Shown here one piece after another: positions 33,225-44,147 of a stretch of 64,000 nucleotides of DNA (position 1 is its first letter; each line of letters begins with the position of its first letter). Below the pieces are notes generated by a model. It searched no databases and was not told the origin of the DNA. It saw only the letters and a list, made by a program, of their open reading frames with translations. A program made the position numbers and the translations under genes. Source of the DNA: an uncultured Verrucomicrobiae bacterium (GTDB lineage Bacteria; Verrucomicrobiota; Verrucomicrobiia; Limisphaerales; Palsa-1400); the NCBI GenBank assembly GCA_963702845.1, contig OY969763.1, forward strand, positions 5,376,001-5,440,000. The letters are read 5' to 3'.

Positions 33225-35417
33225 TTTTTTCTTCCTTCGCTTTCTGTTGTAGGAAAGCCACCCCTTCTGCCATCCTTTTCTCCCATGGATCTTGCGCGGT
33301 TAGCGAAGGCAGCCTGCCCTTTTCCTGCTTGAACCGTAGTGCCCGCTTTGCCAATTCGCGTGCGTCCTCAATCGTTAGGTTAATCCGCCGACCAGCGATG
33401 ACTGCAGCTACCTGTTTTAGGCGTTCTTCAGTCATTGACTTGGCGAGAATGGTGTACGCTTCCCCAAAAGGATTGATGCGGTCGATAAGATCAATGTCAA
33501 GTTCGGTCACAGACAGAGCGAACTTCCGGATACCATCAATCAACGATGTGTTTGGCGACGCCACATTTCCTGACTCAGTCAGCAATTTTTTTGCCTGCTG
33601 AACGATATTTAGAGCAGCGATAGCGTGTTGCCGGACAGCTTCCTGATCTTCATCATTTAGATTTGGGAACTTCTCTTTTACAATTTTCCCCATTCGCAAT
33701 TGCGTCAGTTCCTCTGGAACCAACTCTTCGTCAAACATCCCTCGCTCGATCGCTTGTTTGTCCTGCACAAAAGCAGTAATCAACTCAGTCAAATCCTCGC
33801 GGCAGATGCGCTCTGCCTCCTGGCTTTTTGGCTCGGCAAGGCCTTTAATTTCAAGTTGGATTCGACCCGTGTCGGAGTTAATGCCAACATTACATTTGCT
33901 CGGATCATAACCACCTTCACCGTAATTGAACCCCTCGCTTGGACCGCTGTTCTGGTTTTTTGGCTTGAACTCAAATCGCGGTGCTAATACCTGCTCCATT
34001 AACAGGCTGGCAGCGATCGCCTTCAATGTATCATTGACCGCTTCGGTCACTGCGCCTTCGGTCGCGTCGGGTTCGGCAATAAGATTGGTGAAACGGGCAC
34101 GCGTTTTGCCGGGCGCATCGCGAGTAGTGCGACCTATGATCTGGTACAATTTCGGTGAGGCTCGAGCGATAACCAACGGTGAGGGCGTGTTCGCACCATA
34201 TCCAATCGAAACCCTCCTTAGCCATCCCTAGAGCAATGATAATATCGACGTGGTCTCGATTGTTCTTTTGCGCCGAGTCCTTAAGGGCTGATGAAACCTT
34301 CTCCCGTTTTGAAGGAGTATCATCTACCAAATCCGCGATTTTCAGGATTTTTCCGCTCGCCGTTTTCACGAGCTGAAAACCAGTTTGAGGGTCCGCACCT
34401 TGCCATTCACCAAGTTCCTCGATGATATGCTCAACCTCTCGAATCTTATCTTTTGTGCTCTCCCGAGCGTTGACGTTAGGTATGTGGACAATCGTTTTCT
34501 CGTAAGGGTTTAGAACGTTTAGAATCTCGCTGGTGAAATTGCCCGCGTAAAAATAGTAACCAATGTCAAGCTGCTTCAGGTATTCGTAACCGTTTAGCTG
34601 CTCGTAATAAGTGTAAGTTACCGTATCAAACCTTGATTCGTCATCGGGGTGTAATACCGCTTCGGCGTCCCCACGAAAGTACGAACCGGTCATCGCGACG
34701 ATATGTGTTTTGTCACGCGCCATCAACTGCCGGATGTTTTCACCCAGCCTGTTGTCAGGATTCGCGGAAATATGATGAAATTCGTCCACAGCAATGAGTC
34801 GGTCGTCGAATGCTTCCACGCCAAACCGATCTACGGCAAACCGAAACGTTGCATGAGTGCAAACCAACGTTTTATCTATGGTTTGCAAAAACTTCTGTAC
34901 CGAATCTACCTTTCCGTTGGTATCGGAACCGGGTGCATCGCACAGATTCCACTTCGGTTTGTACTTTCCAATCGGCCCAAAAGCCAAACTGGCTTAACGG
35001 CTCATCGTGGAAGCTGGCCCCAATCGATCTCTCCGGCACAACGATGATCGCCTGCTGCAAGTTTTGGTTTGTAAGCTTATCTAAGGCTACGAACATTAGA
35101 GCCCGGCTTTTTCCTGAAGCTGGAGGTGATTTAATAAGGAGGTACTGTTCGCCGCGCTTTTGCCAAACGCGTTCCTGCATTGGGCGCATTCCCATGGCGT
35201 TGGGTTTTGTCGAGCTACCGTTATGAGCATATTTTACGGTAACGCACGGGATCGATTGTTTACTACGAAAGACCTCACGAGATTGCTCGACATCGCCGGA
35301 TCGCTCGTGGTGACGAGCGAGCAGGTCAGGCAATTCCTTTTCAAACTGATCGCGTATCGTTTGATATTCGGCAGCTTTATCAAGCGAAATATGTTGCTGG
35401 CGGATGATACGTTTCAT
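33217..35417 (-). CDS. YeeB-like SF2 helicase (two frameshifts), as assembled with an N-terminal ~50-aa antitoxin-like extension
   Basis: GMRPMQER, Walker A SPPASGKS, DEFHH, MTGSYFRGD, ALGMAKEGFDW and QIIGRTTRD over ORFs 34872-35417, 34031-34987 and 33217-34176. Confidence 0.88.
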
Positions 35418-35692
35418 GGTCGTTTCTTTCTCGGCACGTCGAAGGCTGTAACGGGATAAATGGTATCGCGGTCGATTTGCTCGTAGGCAACCATCAGGTG
35501 TCGACCCGCGACGGTATCTCCAAAGACGACCGGCCTACCGGAGGACCGGCTAATATCTGTGCCTTTAGGATTCTGCACGGCCTCTTCGACTTCCTCCTTA
35601 GTTATGCAGTGCTTCTTCGCGATATGTTGCACGTTTCCATTTGGGTCGTCGTCGCGGTCCCAAAGTATGCAATTGAAGTTCGGCCAGCTCAT
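35414..35692 (-). CDS. BrnT/RelE-like toxin (putative ribonuclease)
   Basis: 92 aa with WD...NVQHIAKKHCITKEEVEEA...FGDTVAGRHLMVAY...YPVTAF pattern; 4-bp ATGA overlaps on both sides. Confidence 0.75.
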   Translation of the reverse strand: MSWPNFNCILWDRDDDPNGNVQHIAKKHCITKEEVEEAVQNPKGTDISRSSGRPVVFGDTVAGRHLMVAYEQIDRDTIYPVTAFDVPRKKRP

Positions 35693-38460
35693 TCGACGCA
35701 GCCTTTCGTGTTGCCACCGGTGCCTTTTTTAACTGGCTCCGTCCGCGAAGTCATCTGCGTGTAAAGTTCAAAAAGTTTTTCAAGTCGCTCAGTGTCATTC
35801 TTAAAACGACGACCGATATAGATTCGTTCTAAAGTCTCATCGGTCCGTTGGTGTGCTTCGCACAAGTTTAACGGCATCGTCTCACCGTCGTAAAGTTCGG
35901 CTATTGTTGCCGGGAAATGAGACTCGCGTGCTAACAGGATTTCTTCGGCGCACCGTGTTAATTCTGCTTTGTTTCGCTCGGTAAGCATGGGAACCGGGAA
36001 AGTGTTCCAACCCAATGTATTCGAATACGAAAACCGCATTTCCAATCTTACGCAAACTGTACCAATCCAAACCCAATGGAGGCGGGACGCAACGAGCGCC
36101 ATTGTCCAAAGAGGTTGATCATACAATGCAAAGCACTTGTTCGAAACTACACTATCGTTTCTGAAGAGATCGACCGGCAGAACATCCCGATTCTCGGACG
36201 ATACAACAGGGATAGCTAGCAGGTGACGCTCACTTCGGTTCATTTCGCGGAACTGATGCAGGCGTTTAACCATGCCGTTTGACATTGCGTCCTTGGAGTT
36301 TGCGCGTTCCTTCGCACCACTTAGTAGACGCGCCCGAATGTCTGCGATCGCGACCACGTGGGGCTCGGGCTCGTTCTCGAACCAGAGACAGTAACGCGGT
36401 CTCCCGTTGATTACTTCGGTGGATCCATAGAAGCGTTTCACGTATTCTTTAGGAAAACCCGATTGAAGGTATCTATTTCTTTCGTTTTGGCTCAGCAACA
36501 GGTGTGCCGAAAGTCCATAATAGTTGCCTTTAACCATCGCAGGCACAGCCGAAATCGGCCGGCTTGCCGACGTGACCCAATGATTCGGCTGCGGCAGCAG
36601 GTAGGCATTTATGTTTTCGGCTTCTACCTTGAGATCACCATCAAAAATGATGGCCTTTCCTGTCTTAAATGCCGCGCCAATCACTACGACCGTCACACCG
36701 GCATCGTGCGCAGCCAGATTGCTCCACTTGAACGAACGCACGGCAAAAACAAACCTCAATCCACGATTAAAAAGTGGCAGCCAAAAATTCGAAACGTGCT
36801 GCCCTTGACAAATGCTATTCGTCGCGACAAATGCGAATTGAGCAGAGCTAAGTGCAGCGAACTCATACGCCTTGTAAAACCAGCCGCAAACGTAATCAAG
36901 CAGTCCCCATTTTTCCACCTTGCCCGCGAAGAGCCGCCGAAGGTCTTCTTTCTGTTGCAGCGATTTTCGCGCGTTTCCCTTGTACGGGGGGTTGCCGCAA
37001 ATGTAAATTTCTCCACCTTCGTTTTGAAACTGAATTTCGGCCTGGTCTAATGGTGTATTGAATAGATCATCGCCTTGGAGTTTCACCACCTTGCCTTCCG
37101 GTCGGCATACACTGACCCAATCAAGGCGCAGTGCGTTTCCACACGTAATCCAGTTCGCAGCTTCCAACGGCAGAAATTCGGCAAGAGCTAGTTTTTGCCC
37201 ACGATAAAGTACGTCACATTGATACTCGGCAATAATTAGCGCGAGGCGCGCGATTTCGGCGGGAAAGTCCCGAAGTTCGATACCGCGAAAATTCGTAAGT
37301 GGTATTTCGGATGAGTGTTCCAGTTCATTGCGGCGCCGATTGATTTCCGCTTCAATTTCTCGCATTGCCTTGTATGCGATAACAAGGAAATTGCCCGAGC
37401 CACACGCTGGATCGAAAACGCGGATTCGAGAAAGGCGCTGGCGAACGTTGAGAAGCTTGCGCGGATTGTCTCCTGCTTCCTGCAGTTTCGCCCGAAGATC
37501 ATCTAGGAAAAGCGGGTTTAGAACCTTGAGTATATTGGGGACACTTGTGTAATGCATGCCCAGCGCACCGCGTTCCTCATCGTCGGCGACGGCTTGGATC
37601 ATGGAGCCGAAAATATCCGGATTGATTTTTGTCCAGTCTAACCCACCAACGTGAAGAAGATATGAGCGCGCGATCTTGCTGAATCGAGGAACGTCGAGGG
37701 AGCCCGAAAAAAGGCCGCCATTTACGTACGGAAATAAGTTCGCCCAACTACGGATTTTGGCCGACTCGCGATCCGTAAGCTTGGTGTTCATCGAGCGAAA
37801 TAACTCGGCGATTACCTCATGTGTGTTGGAGGAATCCCTCGCGCTCATTTGATCGATCGTGGCTGTAAACAGGCCCTTTCCGTGAAAGATGTCAGTGTCT
37901 TCGGCAAAGAAGCAGAAGATGAGTCGCGCCATAAAATGATTCATGTCATGACGGCGTTGCTCAGTGCCCCAATCTGGATTGTCCTTGAGCAACTCAATGT
38001 AAAGGCGGTTCAGGCGGCCGGTGGCCTTGATGTCAAACGCGTTTTCCCGAATCTGTTTAACCGTGGTAATTCCAGCGAGCGTTAAGAAGAAGCCGAAATG
38101 GTCGGAAAAGTCGGCGTAAGCACAGGCAACGGTTTCGCCGTCGCCTACGTTTTCGGCCTCGAAGGTTTTGCCATCGGTCGCGAGGATGAATTTCGCCTTC
38201 TGACGGATAGTTGCGGGGCTTTGTCGCAGCGCCCCGAGCGTGGCGGTCACTTCACCTTCAGCGCAAACTTTAATGTGTATGTTATTCCGTTGAAGAATCG
38301 CTCCAGGCAAGTCGGACTGATTTGAGTTCCCGCTGCGCAGGCGTTTGATTGTCGTATCCTTGTTTCCAAATGCCTCAAGAAAGGCGTACGGAAAGTTGGC
38401 TGCGTCAAAGGGCGCTGCGGCAAGGTTTGAAACTGCTTCTTCGATCTCAACTGCGTTCAT
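35689..38460 (-). CDS. MmeI-family / DnmA(YeeA)-like N6-adenine DNA methyltransferase with target-recognition domain
   Basis: RLIFCFFAEDT, FPYVNGGLF, GMHYTS, motif I FDPACGSGNF, motif IV GNPPY, YSNTLGWNTFP. Confidence 0.93.
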   Translation of the reverse strand: MNAVEIEEAVSNLAAAPFDAANFPYAFLEAFGNKDTTIKRLRSGNSNQSDLPGAILQRNNIHIKVCAEGEVTATLGALRQSPATIRQKAKFILATDGKTFEAENVGDGETVACAYADFSDHFGFFLTLAGITTVKQIRENAFDIKATGRLNRLYIELLKDNPDWGTEQRRHDMNHFMARLIFCFFAEDTDIFHGKGLFTATIDQMSARDSSNTHEVIAELFRSMNTKLTDRESAKIRSWANLFPYVNGGLFSGSLDVPRFSKIARSYLLHVGGLDWTKINPDIFGSMIQAVADDEERGALGMHYTSVPNILKVLNPLFLDDLRAKLQEAGDNPRKLLNVRQRLSRIRVFDPACGSGNFLVIAYKAMREIEAEINRRRNELEHSSEIPLTNFRGIELRDFPAEIARLALIIAEYQCDVLYRGQKLALAEFLPLEAANWITCGNALRLDWVSVCRPEGKVVKLQGDDLFNTPLDQAEIQFQNEGGEIYICGNPPYKGNARKSLQQKEDLRRLFAGKVEKWGLLDYVCGWFYKAYEFAALSSAQFAFVATNSICQGQHVSNFWLPLFNRGLRFVFAVRSFKWSNLAAHDAGVTVVVIGAAFKTGKAIIFDGDLKVEAENINAYLLPQPNHWVTSASRPISAVPAMVKGNYYGLSAHLLLSQNERNRYLQSGFPKEYVKRFYGSTEVINGRPRYCLWFENEPEPHVVAIADIRARLLSGAKERANSKDAMSNGMVKRLHQFREMNRSERHLLAIPVVSSENRDVLPVDLFRNDSVVSNKCFALYDQPLWTMALVASRLHWVWIGTVCVRLEMRFSYSNTLGWNTFPVPMLTERNKAELTRCAEEILLARESHFPATIAELYDGETMPLNLCEAHQRTDETLERIYIGRRFKNDTERLEKLFELYTQMTSRTEPVKKGTGGNTKGCVE

Positions 38461-38885
38461 CTGGCAGTCCTATATCTTATCCCACCTCTGGTGGATTTGA
38501 AGGAGCAATCCGTTTTCACTTTTTTTTGCGTTCCGATGAGCGACAGTCTTATGCGAGAGATGGTTAAAGTGGAAGGAATTTTGCGCGTACGAGTATGCAA
38601 ACGAGCCGGTCTCTCGGCTGCCATGTTTCTGCCAAGTGGTAATTGCCGAGCGCAAAGAACTTCATCCGCTCGCAAATGCAGTTTCCCAAGCCCTGCTTGA
38701 CACAGTAGCGACTTTACTATATTCTGCAGCCGCTGCTGAATTTGCAGCTTTGGGCCGACACCCAAAAACGCTCTTTGAAAGTCATTTGAGCCACTGCGAC
38801 GGGACCGTTAAGAACACCAATTTAATGTTGTTCGTCTCGTGCCCGCCGACGTGATCAACGGAAACCCCTGCGTTCAATTCAGACG

Positions 38886-39070
38886 TAACCAAATATGACT
38901 AAATATGAGTAATTATGACCAAAAATATTTTTTCTTACCTTGGAAGTAGGGATTTAAATTTTCTCTGAAGTTGGTGGCCGCGTGCTAACGTAGGTGGCCG
39001 CGTGCTAACGCACCCGTCACGAAAGTCGCAACAAGTTGCCAGAAGTAGAAGGAAGTTGCAGGAAGTTGAA
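38886..39070. repeat. Cluster of degenerate decamer arrays and a 20-bp-period tandem duplication
   Basis: TGACYAAATA-like x4 (38886-38925); GGTGGCCGCGTGCTAACG x2 (38973-39010); RGAAGTTGCA-like x5 (39021-39070). Confidence 0.8.
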
Positions 39071-39165
39071 ACATTTTCGCATGTTTTTTTCCGCTTCGAA
39101 ATTCGATCGCGACCCGCACGTTCCTGTCCTTGCGTCTTTTTGGGGCCCTTGCGACTTTGCGTTGA

Positions 39166-42100
39166 TCACCGGCGCGTGGCTGCCAACTGCGCATCGAGAC
39201 GTTTAGATGAAACGGAAATTGCGGTGCCGAGCTCTTGCGCGAACAGAGAGACTTTATACTCCTCGACCATCCAACGATAAGTGTTGAGTTGGGTGCGCTG
39301 TTCGGTGGACCGGATTGGTTCCGCTTCAAGCTGTTTCAACGCTTCGACATAAGGCGCGAGTTGGCGCAATCGCTCCTGATTCTTAACTGGATTCAAGGCG
39401 GCGCGCTCAGCTCGAATCAGGAGCGCTTTGAGATAACGAGGCAAGTGCGTCAATCGTTCGTAATCGATTCGTTCCAGAAAACGCGATGGCATGAGATGAG
39501 TCAATTCATCGGTCAGCGGATTCACGCCCGCTGGACTCACGCCCGTTGGACCGGCAGCTCCAATTTGGCTGAAGGATGAAAGCGTCTGAGCACGTGGCTT
39601 CGTTATGGGAACGGACGCGCCAATTTTTTGTTGTACTTGTTGTCGCAATTGCAGAATCGGCCCGAGACGATCGATGAATTGCTGGGCAAGTCCGGGCAGC
39701 CGTTCTCGCGCAGCGGCGACGGCGGCTTGAAAATCTTTTTGGGTCAATGCGGCTAATGGTTCTGCCGGCAAAAGATAATGCTTCAGATGTTCCAGTGCAG
39801 TTTCGCGCAACTCCTCACTATCGCCCAGCGGCGCATAAAGCGCGTCGTAACGAGCCAAGGCGCGCAAATCTTTTTCCAACCACGCAAGATCTTTTTGAAT
39901 GGCGAGTTCAACAAGACGTTGCGTTCCGAGCAGACTCGAGTTTCGCGCAAGATCGGCGCTGCGAAACAAACGCAGGTTCACCACTCCTTCTGCGAATTCC
40001 AATCCCGGCCACGCGTAGAGAGGGAGGCCCGACCCTTCGCTGACCGTGATGCGTTCAGGCAAATCGCCGCACGTCCATTCCGTAACGCCAAAGCGTTCCC
40101 ATTTCTCAGCGGCACGCGTCCAATCTGCCGAGTCGGATTTCGGCGACGGCTCGGTTTTGGCTTGCTGGAGATTTCGTTGCAGTTGCGCGAGGTCGCGTCC
40201 GCTGCCGAGCGATTTGCGATTGTGATCGAGAATGTCGATGCGCGGTCGCAGGTGCGCCGGCAAGGCATTGGCAGGCCATGCCGAAACTGGAACTTCCACG
40301 CCATAACGCTTGTGAATAAAGCTGGCGAGATCCTGGAGAAACGAATTTCCCGACGGCTGAAAGTCGCTGACGATCTCGGAGACCTTCGGCGGAAAGGGCA
40401 TCAACTGCTTTCGAATCGCCTTTGGAAGTGCGCGTAAAAGTTCGCCGATCATTTCTTCGCGCAAACCGGGCACGGCCCACTCGATCAACGAAGCCGAAGT
40501 GGACTGCGCAATGGCGAAAGGTAATTCGATCGTCACGCCATCATGTTCTTCGCCTGGAGCATACGCATAAGCGAGCGGTACTGGCTGGCCTCCGATCGGC
40601 ACCACTTCGGGAAAAGCGTTCGCATCGAATTGCAACGTTTCGCCGCCGGCTAAATCAGCTTCAGAAATACAGAGACGTTCTTGCGCACCGGGTTCGCGCA
40701 AGAAACGGTTCAGGTCGTGAATCGAAGAAACGTTCTCGAGATGCTTCGCGTAAAACTCACTCAACACCTGGTCGAAATCACCGAGGTCATACTTACGAAC
40801 GCGCGTGCGCCAGTTCTCGATCTTTTCGCGAATGCTGCGGTTGTGAGCGAGAAAATTATATTGAGGCGGCAACTCTGGTTTGTTCTCCGCCGTCGGAGTG
40901 AGAATGCGAACTTCATCGCGGTCGGCGTCGCGCTCATCGCTTTGTCGAGCGCGCGAAGGAAATAAACTCTCCTCCACCAAAGCGGAGCGAATGAAAATTG
41001 CGGTGGCTTCTTTCGCGTTGATATTCCCGTAGGCAACTTTGCGACGCTGCACTTCCAATCCGTGCAACGTGATGATTTCTTCAACGAGCACATTTCCGGC
41101 AATTGGCGTTCCAATGCGGATTCTGGTGCGTGACTTTGCAGCAATGCGGTGCGAGTTGAAAAATCCATTGCGGATCAATGCCCGCCAAAGTGCGCGCAAA
41201 CAGTTGTGACGTTTCCACAATTTCCCCAGCGACAATCCATTGAGGCTGATTGGATTTTGGTTTCGGCGGCGGCTTGGTGCCTTTGGTGATTTGTTTTTTC
41301 TGCGGCTCGCCGCGCGAATAAAGAGCCGAACCAGGAAACACGGAGACCATGCGGTTGCCCGCCGCCTTGTAATTGTTGCGCTCTTCGAAACGCGCGACGT
41401 GGCCGATCAGTCCGGCGAGAATCGAGCGATGGATCGCGTCGTAAGCGGCGTTGCTCTCGTTCAGCTTGAACGTGCCGAGATCCTCGAGCGCATCGTGCAA
41501 TTGGGAATAAACGTCCTGCCATTCGCGCATCCGCAAGTAGGAAAGAAATGTTGGCTTGCAGAATTTGCGACGCTGGCCTTGCGTGCGCAGACGATCCCAC
41601 TGGTCATGAACGGCGTTCCAAATATTGAGCAGCGAAAGAAAATCCGATTGTGGATCGGTGAACTTTTGTGCGCGGCGGCGGCAGCCTCTTTTTGGTCGAG
41701 CGGACGTTCGCGGGGATCTTGAATGCTCAAACCGGCGGCGATGATCAATAATTCCGCGTCGCGTGTTCGTGCTGCGATTGGAGCAACATGCGGCCAAGCG
41801 TGGGATCAATCGGAAGCCGCGCGAGGTCTTCGCCGAGACGCGTGAGTGCGCGATGTGCATCCAGCGCGCCGAGTTCCTGCAAGCAGCGCATAGCCATTTG
41901 CAATCGCAGCGGGCGCGGGCGGTTGGACGAACGGAAATGTTTCGATGTCGCCGAGATGAAACGCTTTCATCCGCAGAATGACTTCCGCGAGATTGGCGCG
42001 TTGAATTTCCGGCTGCGTGAATGCGGGACGCGCGTTGAAATCCTCCTCGGAATAAAGCCGAATACAAACGCCGTCCTCGACGCGTCCGGCGCGACCTTTT

Positions 42101-43287
42101 CGTTGGTTCGCGCTGCTCTGCGAAACGGGCTCCACGGGCAAACGTTTCGTGCGCGTTCGCGGGTTGTAACGACTGATGCGCGCAAGTCCGGCGTCAATGA
42201 CATAACGGATTCCCGGAATGGTCAGCGATGTTTCCGCGATGTTCGTGGCGATAACAATTTTGCGTCGCGATGAAGGAGCGAAAACACGTTGTTGATCTCC
42301 CGCGCTGAGCCGGCCGAACAACGGAATCACCTCCGCTTCACCGGAAAAACGCCCTTCGAGTTGATCGCCGGTTTCGCGAATGTCGCGTTCCCCCGGCATG
42401 AAAATCAGCACGTCGCCGGAACTGATCTCATAAAGTATGCGCTCGGCTGCTTGCACTGCAGCATCCACGTAACTCATATCCCCGCGTTCCTCGGAGACGG
42501 CGTCGAGCGGTTGATACTGAACTTCGACGGGATAAAGCCGTCCGGAAACTTCGATGATCGGCGCGTCGCCGAAATGGCGCGAAAACATCTCCGTATCAAT
42601 CGTCGCCGAGGTGATGATCAGTTTTAAATCGTGACGGCGCGCCAGCAAGCCTTTCAAGTGGCCGAGCAGGAAATCGATGTTCAAACTGCGCTCGTGCGCT
42701 TCATCAATAATGATCGCGTTGTATTCCGAGAGATCAGGATCGCCCTGCGTTTCGGCGAGCAAAATTCCATCGGTCATCAGCTTGATATAAGTTTGCGCAC
42801 TGGACCGATCATCGAAACGGATTTTGCATCCGACTTCACGACCCCAACTGACGTTCAATTCTTCCGCAATACGTCGCGAAATAGAAAGCGCGGCGACGCG
42901 ACGCGGTTGGGTGCAACCAATTTTCGCTTCGATGCCCAACCCGGCTTCGAGACACATCTTGGGAATCTGCGTGGTCTTTCCTGAACCCGTTTCACCAGCA
43001 ATAACGACCACTTGATGCGCCCGAATCGCGGCAACGATTTCATCTTTCCGAGGAGTGATCGGAAGATCCGGCGGATACGTCACTCGCGGAACCTTGAGCC
43101 GACGCTCTTCGCGCAAAGCGATGGAGGTGCGAACTTGTTGGAGCAATCGATCCAACAACGCATCGCGCTGACCCGGATGATGTCGATCGCGCAGCAATCG
43201 TCCGACCCGCCGACCGAGTCGAACCCAGTCGGGCAAGAGACATTGCGGTAGCAGCTTTTTTAGTTCTTCGATTCGAGCGTCAACCAT
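39166..43287 (-). CDS. hrpA: ATP-dependent RNA helicase HrpA (frameshifted at 41.1-41.9 kb)
   Basis: [35 protein letters not shown] and QRKGRAGR; C-terminal [18 protein letters not shown]. Confidence 0.96.
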
Positions 43288-43397
43288 GCAAGCAAAGTAA
43301 GGATAGCTTGGTGGGACTACTCTGGAAAGCGCGGGAACTTTTTGGTTTTGTGCCGGGGGGTTCGCAATCAGTCCCCGACGATGATCGACAGAATTTT

Positions 43398-43450
43398 ATG
43401 AATGTATTTATCACAGGCCAGCGGTGGATCAGCGAATCAGAACCGGATTG
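43398..43450 (+). pseudogene. rapA: 5' scar of RNA polymerase-associated protein RapA
   Basis: MNVFITGQRWISESEP matches the RapA N-terminus (GQRWIS..E.ELGLG); similarity stops after about 17 codons. Confidence 0.6.
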
Positions 43451-43646
43451 GAATCAAAATCCGCCAATACGACACGGGCAACCGCAACTAGTTGAGGCAC
43501 ACCTACCGTCCACAGTGGCGCACTTGCAGTGGACGGGTGCGAATCTGAGTAGCGTTGTGTCACGTCAATTCACCTTTCCTAATCTTCTGCATCCATATGG
43601 ACACGAGACGATGTTATGTTTAGTGGACCGGGCCTTCGGAGACTGA

Positions 43647-43739
43647 GGAGAAGGTGGCGACAATCCGGCGGATGCGTTTCGTTACCTGGTCGCGACGAAG
43701 TCGCGCGTGGTTGTGCAACGGAAGTTGAGCGGGTTGTGA
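43647..43739 (+). pseudogene. 3' remnant resembling a phage terminase large subunit C-terminus
   Basis: GEGGDNPADAFRYLVATKSRVVVQRKLSGL-stop, with the D..D..RY nuclease-domain tail; an in-frame stop lies immediately upstream and there is no start codon. Confidence 0.55.
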
Positions 43740-43835
43740 ACTAGGGCTCGCCTCTGGTTATTTCTTCGTTGTTAATGGTCTTCAGCCGCGTCAGCGCTGC
43801 CTCGGCCATAGGCTTTGGTTGCGAGGAAAAATGCG

Positions 43836-44147
43836 ATGATCTCAATTAAAACGGCAGAACATTACTGTTGGGCGGGGAAATGTGATGGATGGCATTTGTT
43901 AAAAGATAACGCCTGCAGCGTGATCCAGGAGCGAATGCCGCCAAAAACGTCAGAAATCGCGCACTATCACATTAAGTCGCGACAGTTCTTTTATGTTCTG
44001 TCTGGCGAACTTTCCATCGTGCTCGATGGTCAATTACATGAACTACACGTTGAAGAAGGGCTGGAAGTTCCTCCAAAAGCAACTCATCGGGTCTTCAATG
44101 GTGCAGACAATGAGGCTCGTTTCATAGTCATCCGCGTAAAAGTCTGA
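43836..44147 (+). CDS. Cupin domain protein, possibly C-terminally truncated
   Basis: AEHYCW..CDGWHL, VIQERMPP, HYHIKSRQFFYVLSGE and HRVFN. Confidence 0.85.
   Translation: MISIKTAEHYCWAGKCDGWHLLKDNACSVIQERMPPKTSEIAHYHIKSRQFFYVLSGELSIVLDGQLHELHVEEGLEVPPKATHRVFNGADNEARFIVIRVKV

Noticed and set aside
34140..34990. Programmed frameshifting or phase variation in the helicase
   Set aside because: No slippery heptamer or long repeat tract at the junctions; matches the general indel error pattern.
38470..38870. Short overlapping ORFs upstream of the methyltransferase as an integrase or controller protein remnant
   Set aside because: No HTH or tyrosine recombinase motif was recognised in any frame.
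28430..43739. Intact prophage or gene transfer agent
   Set aside because: Only terminase-like fragments 14 kb apart, separated by hrpA; no structural genes.
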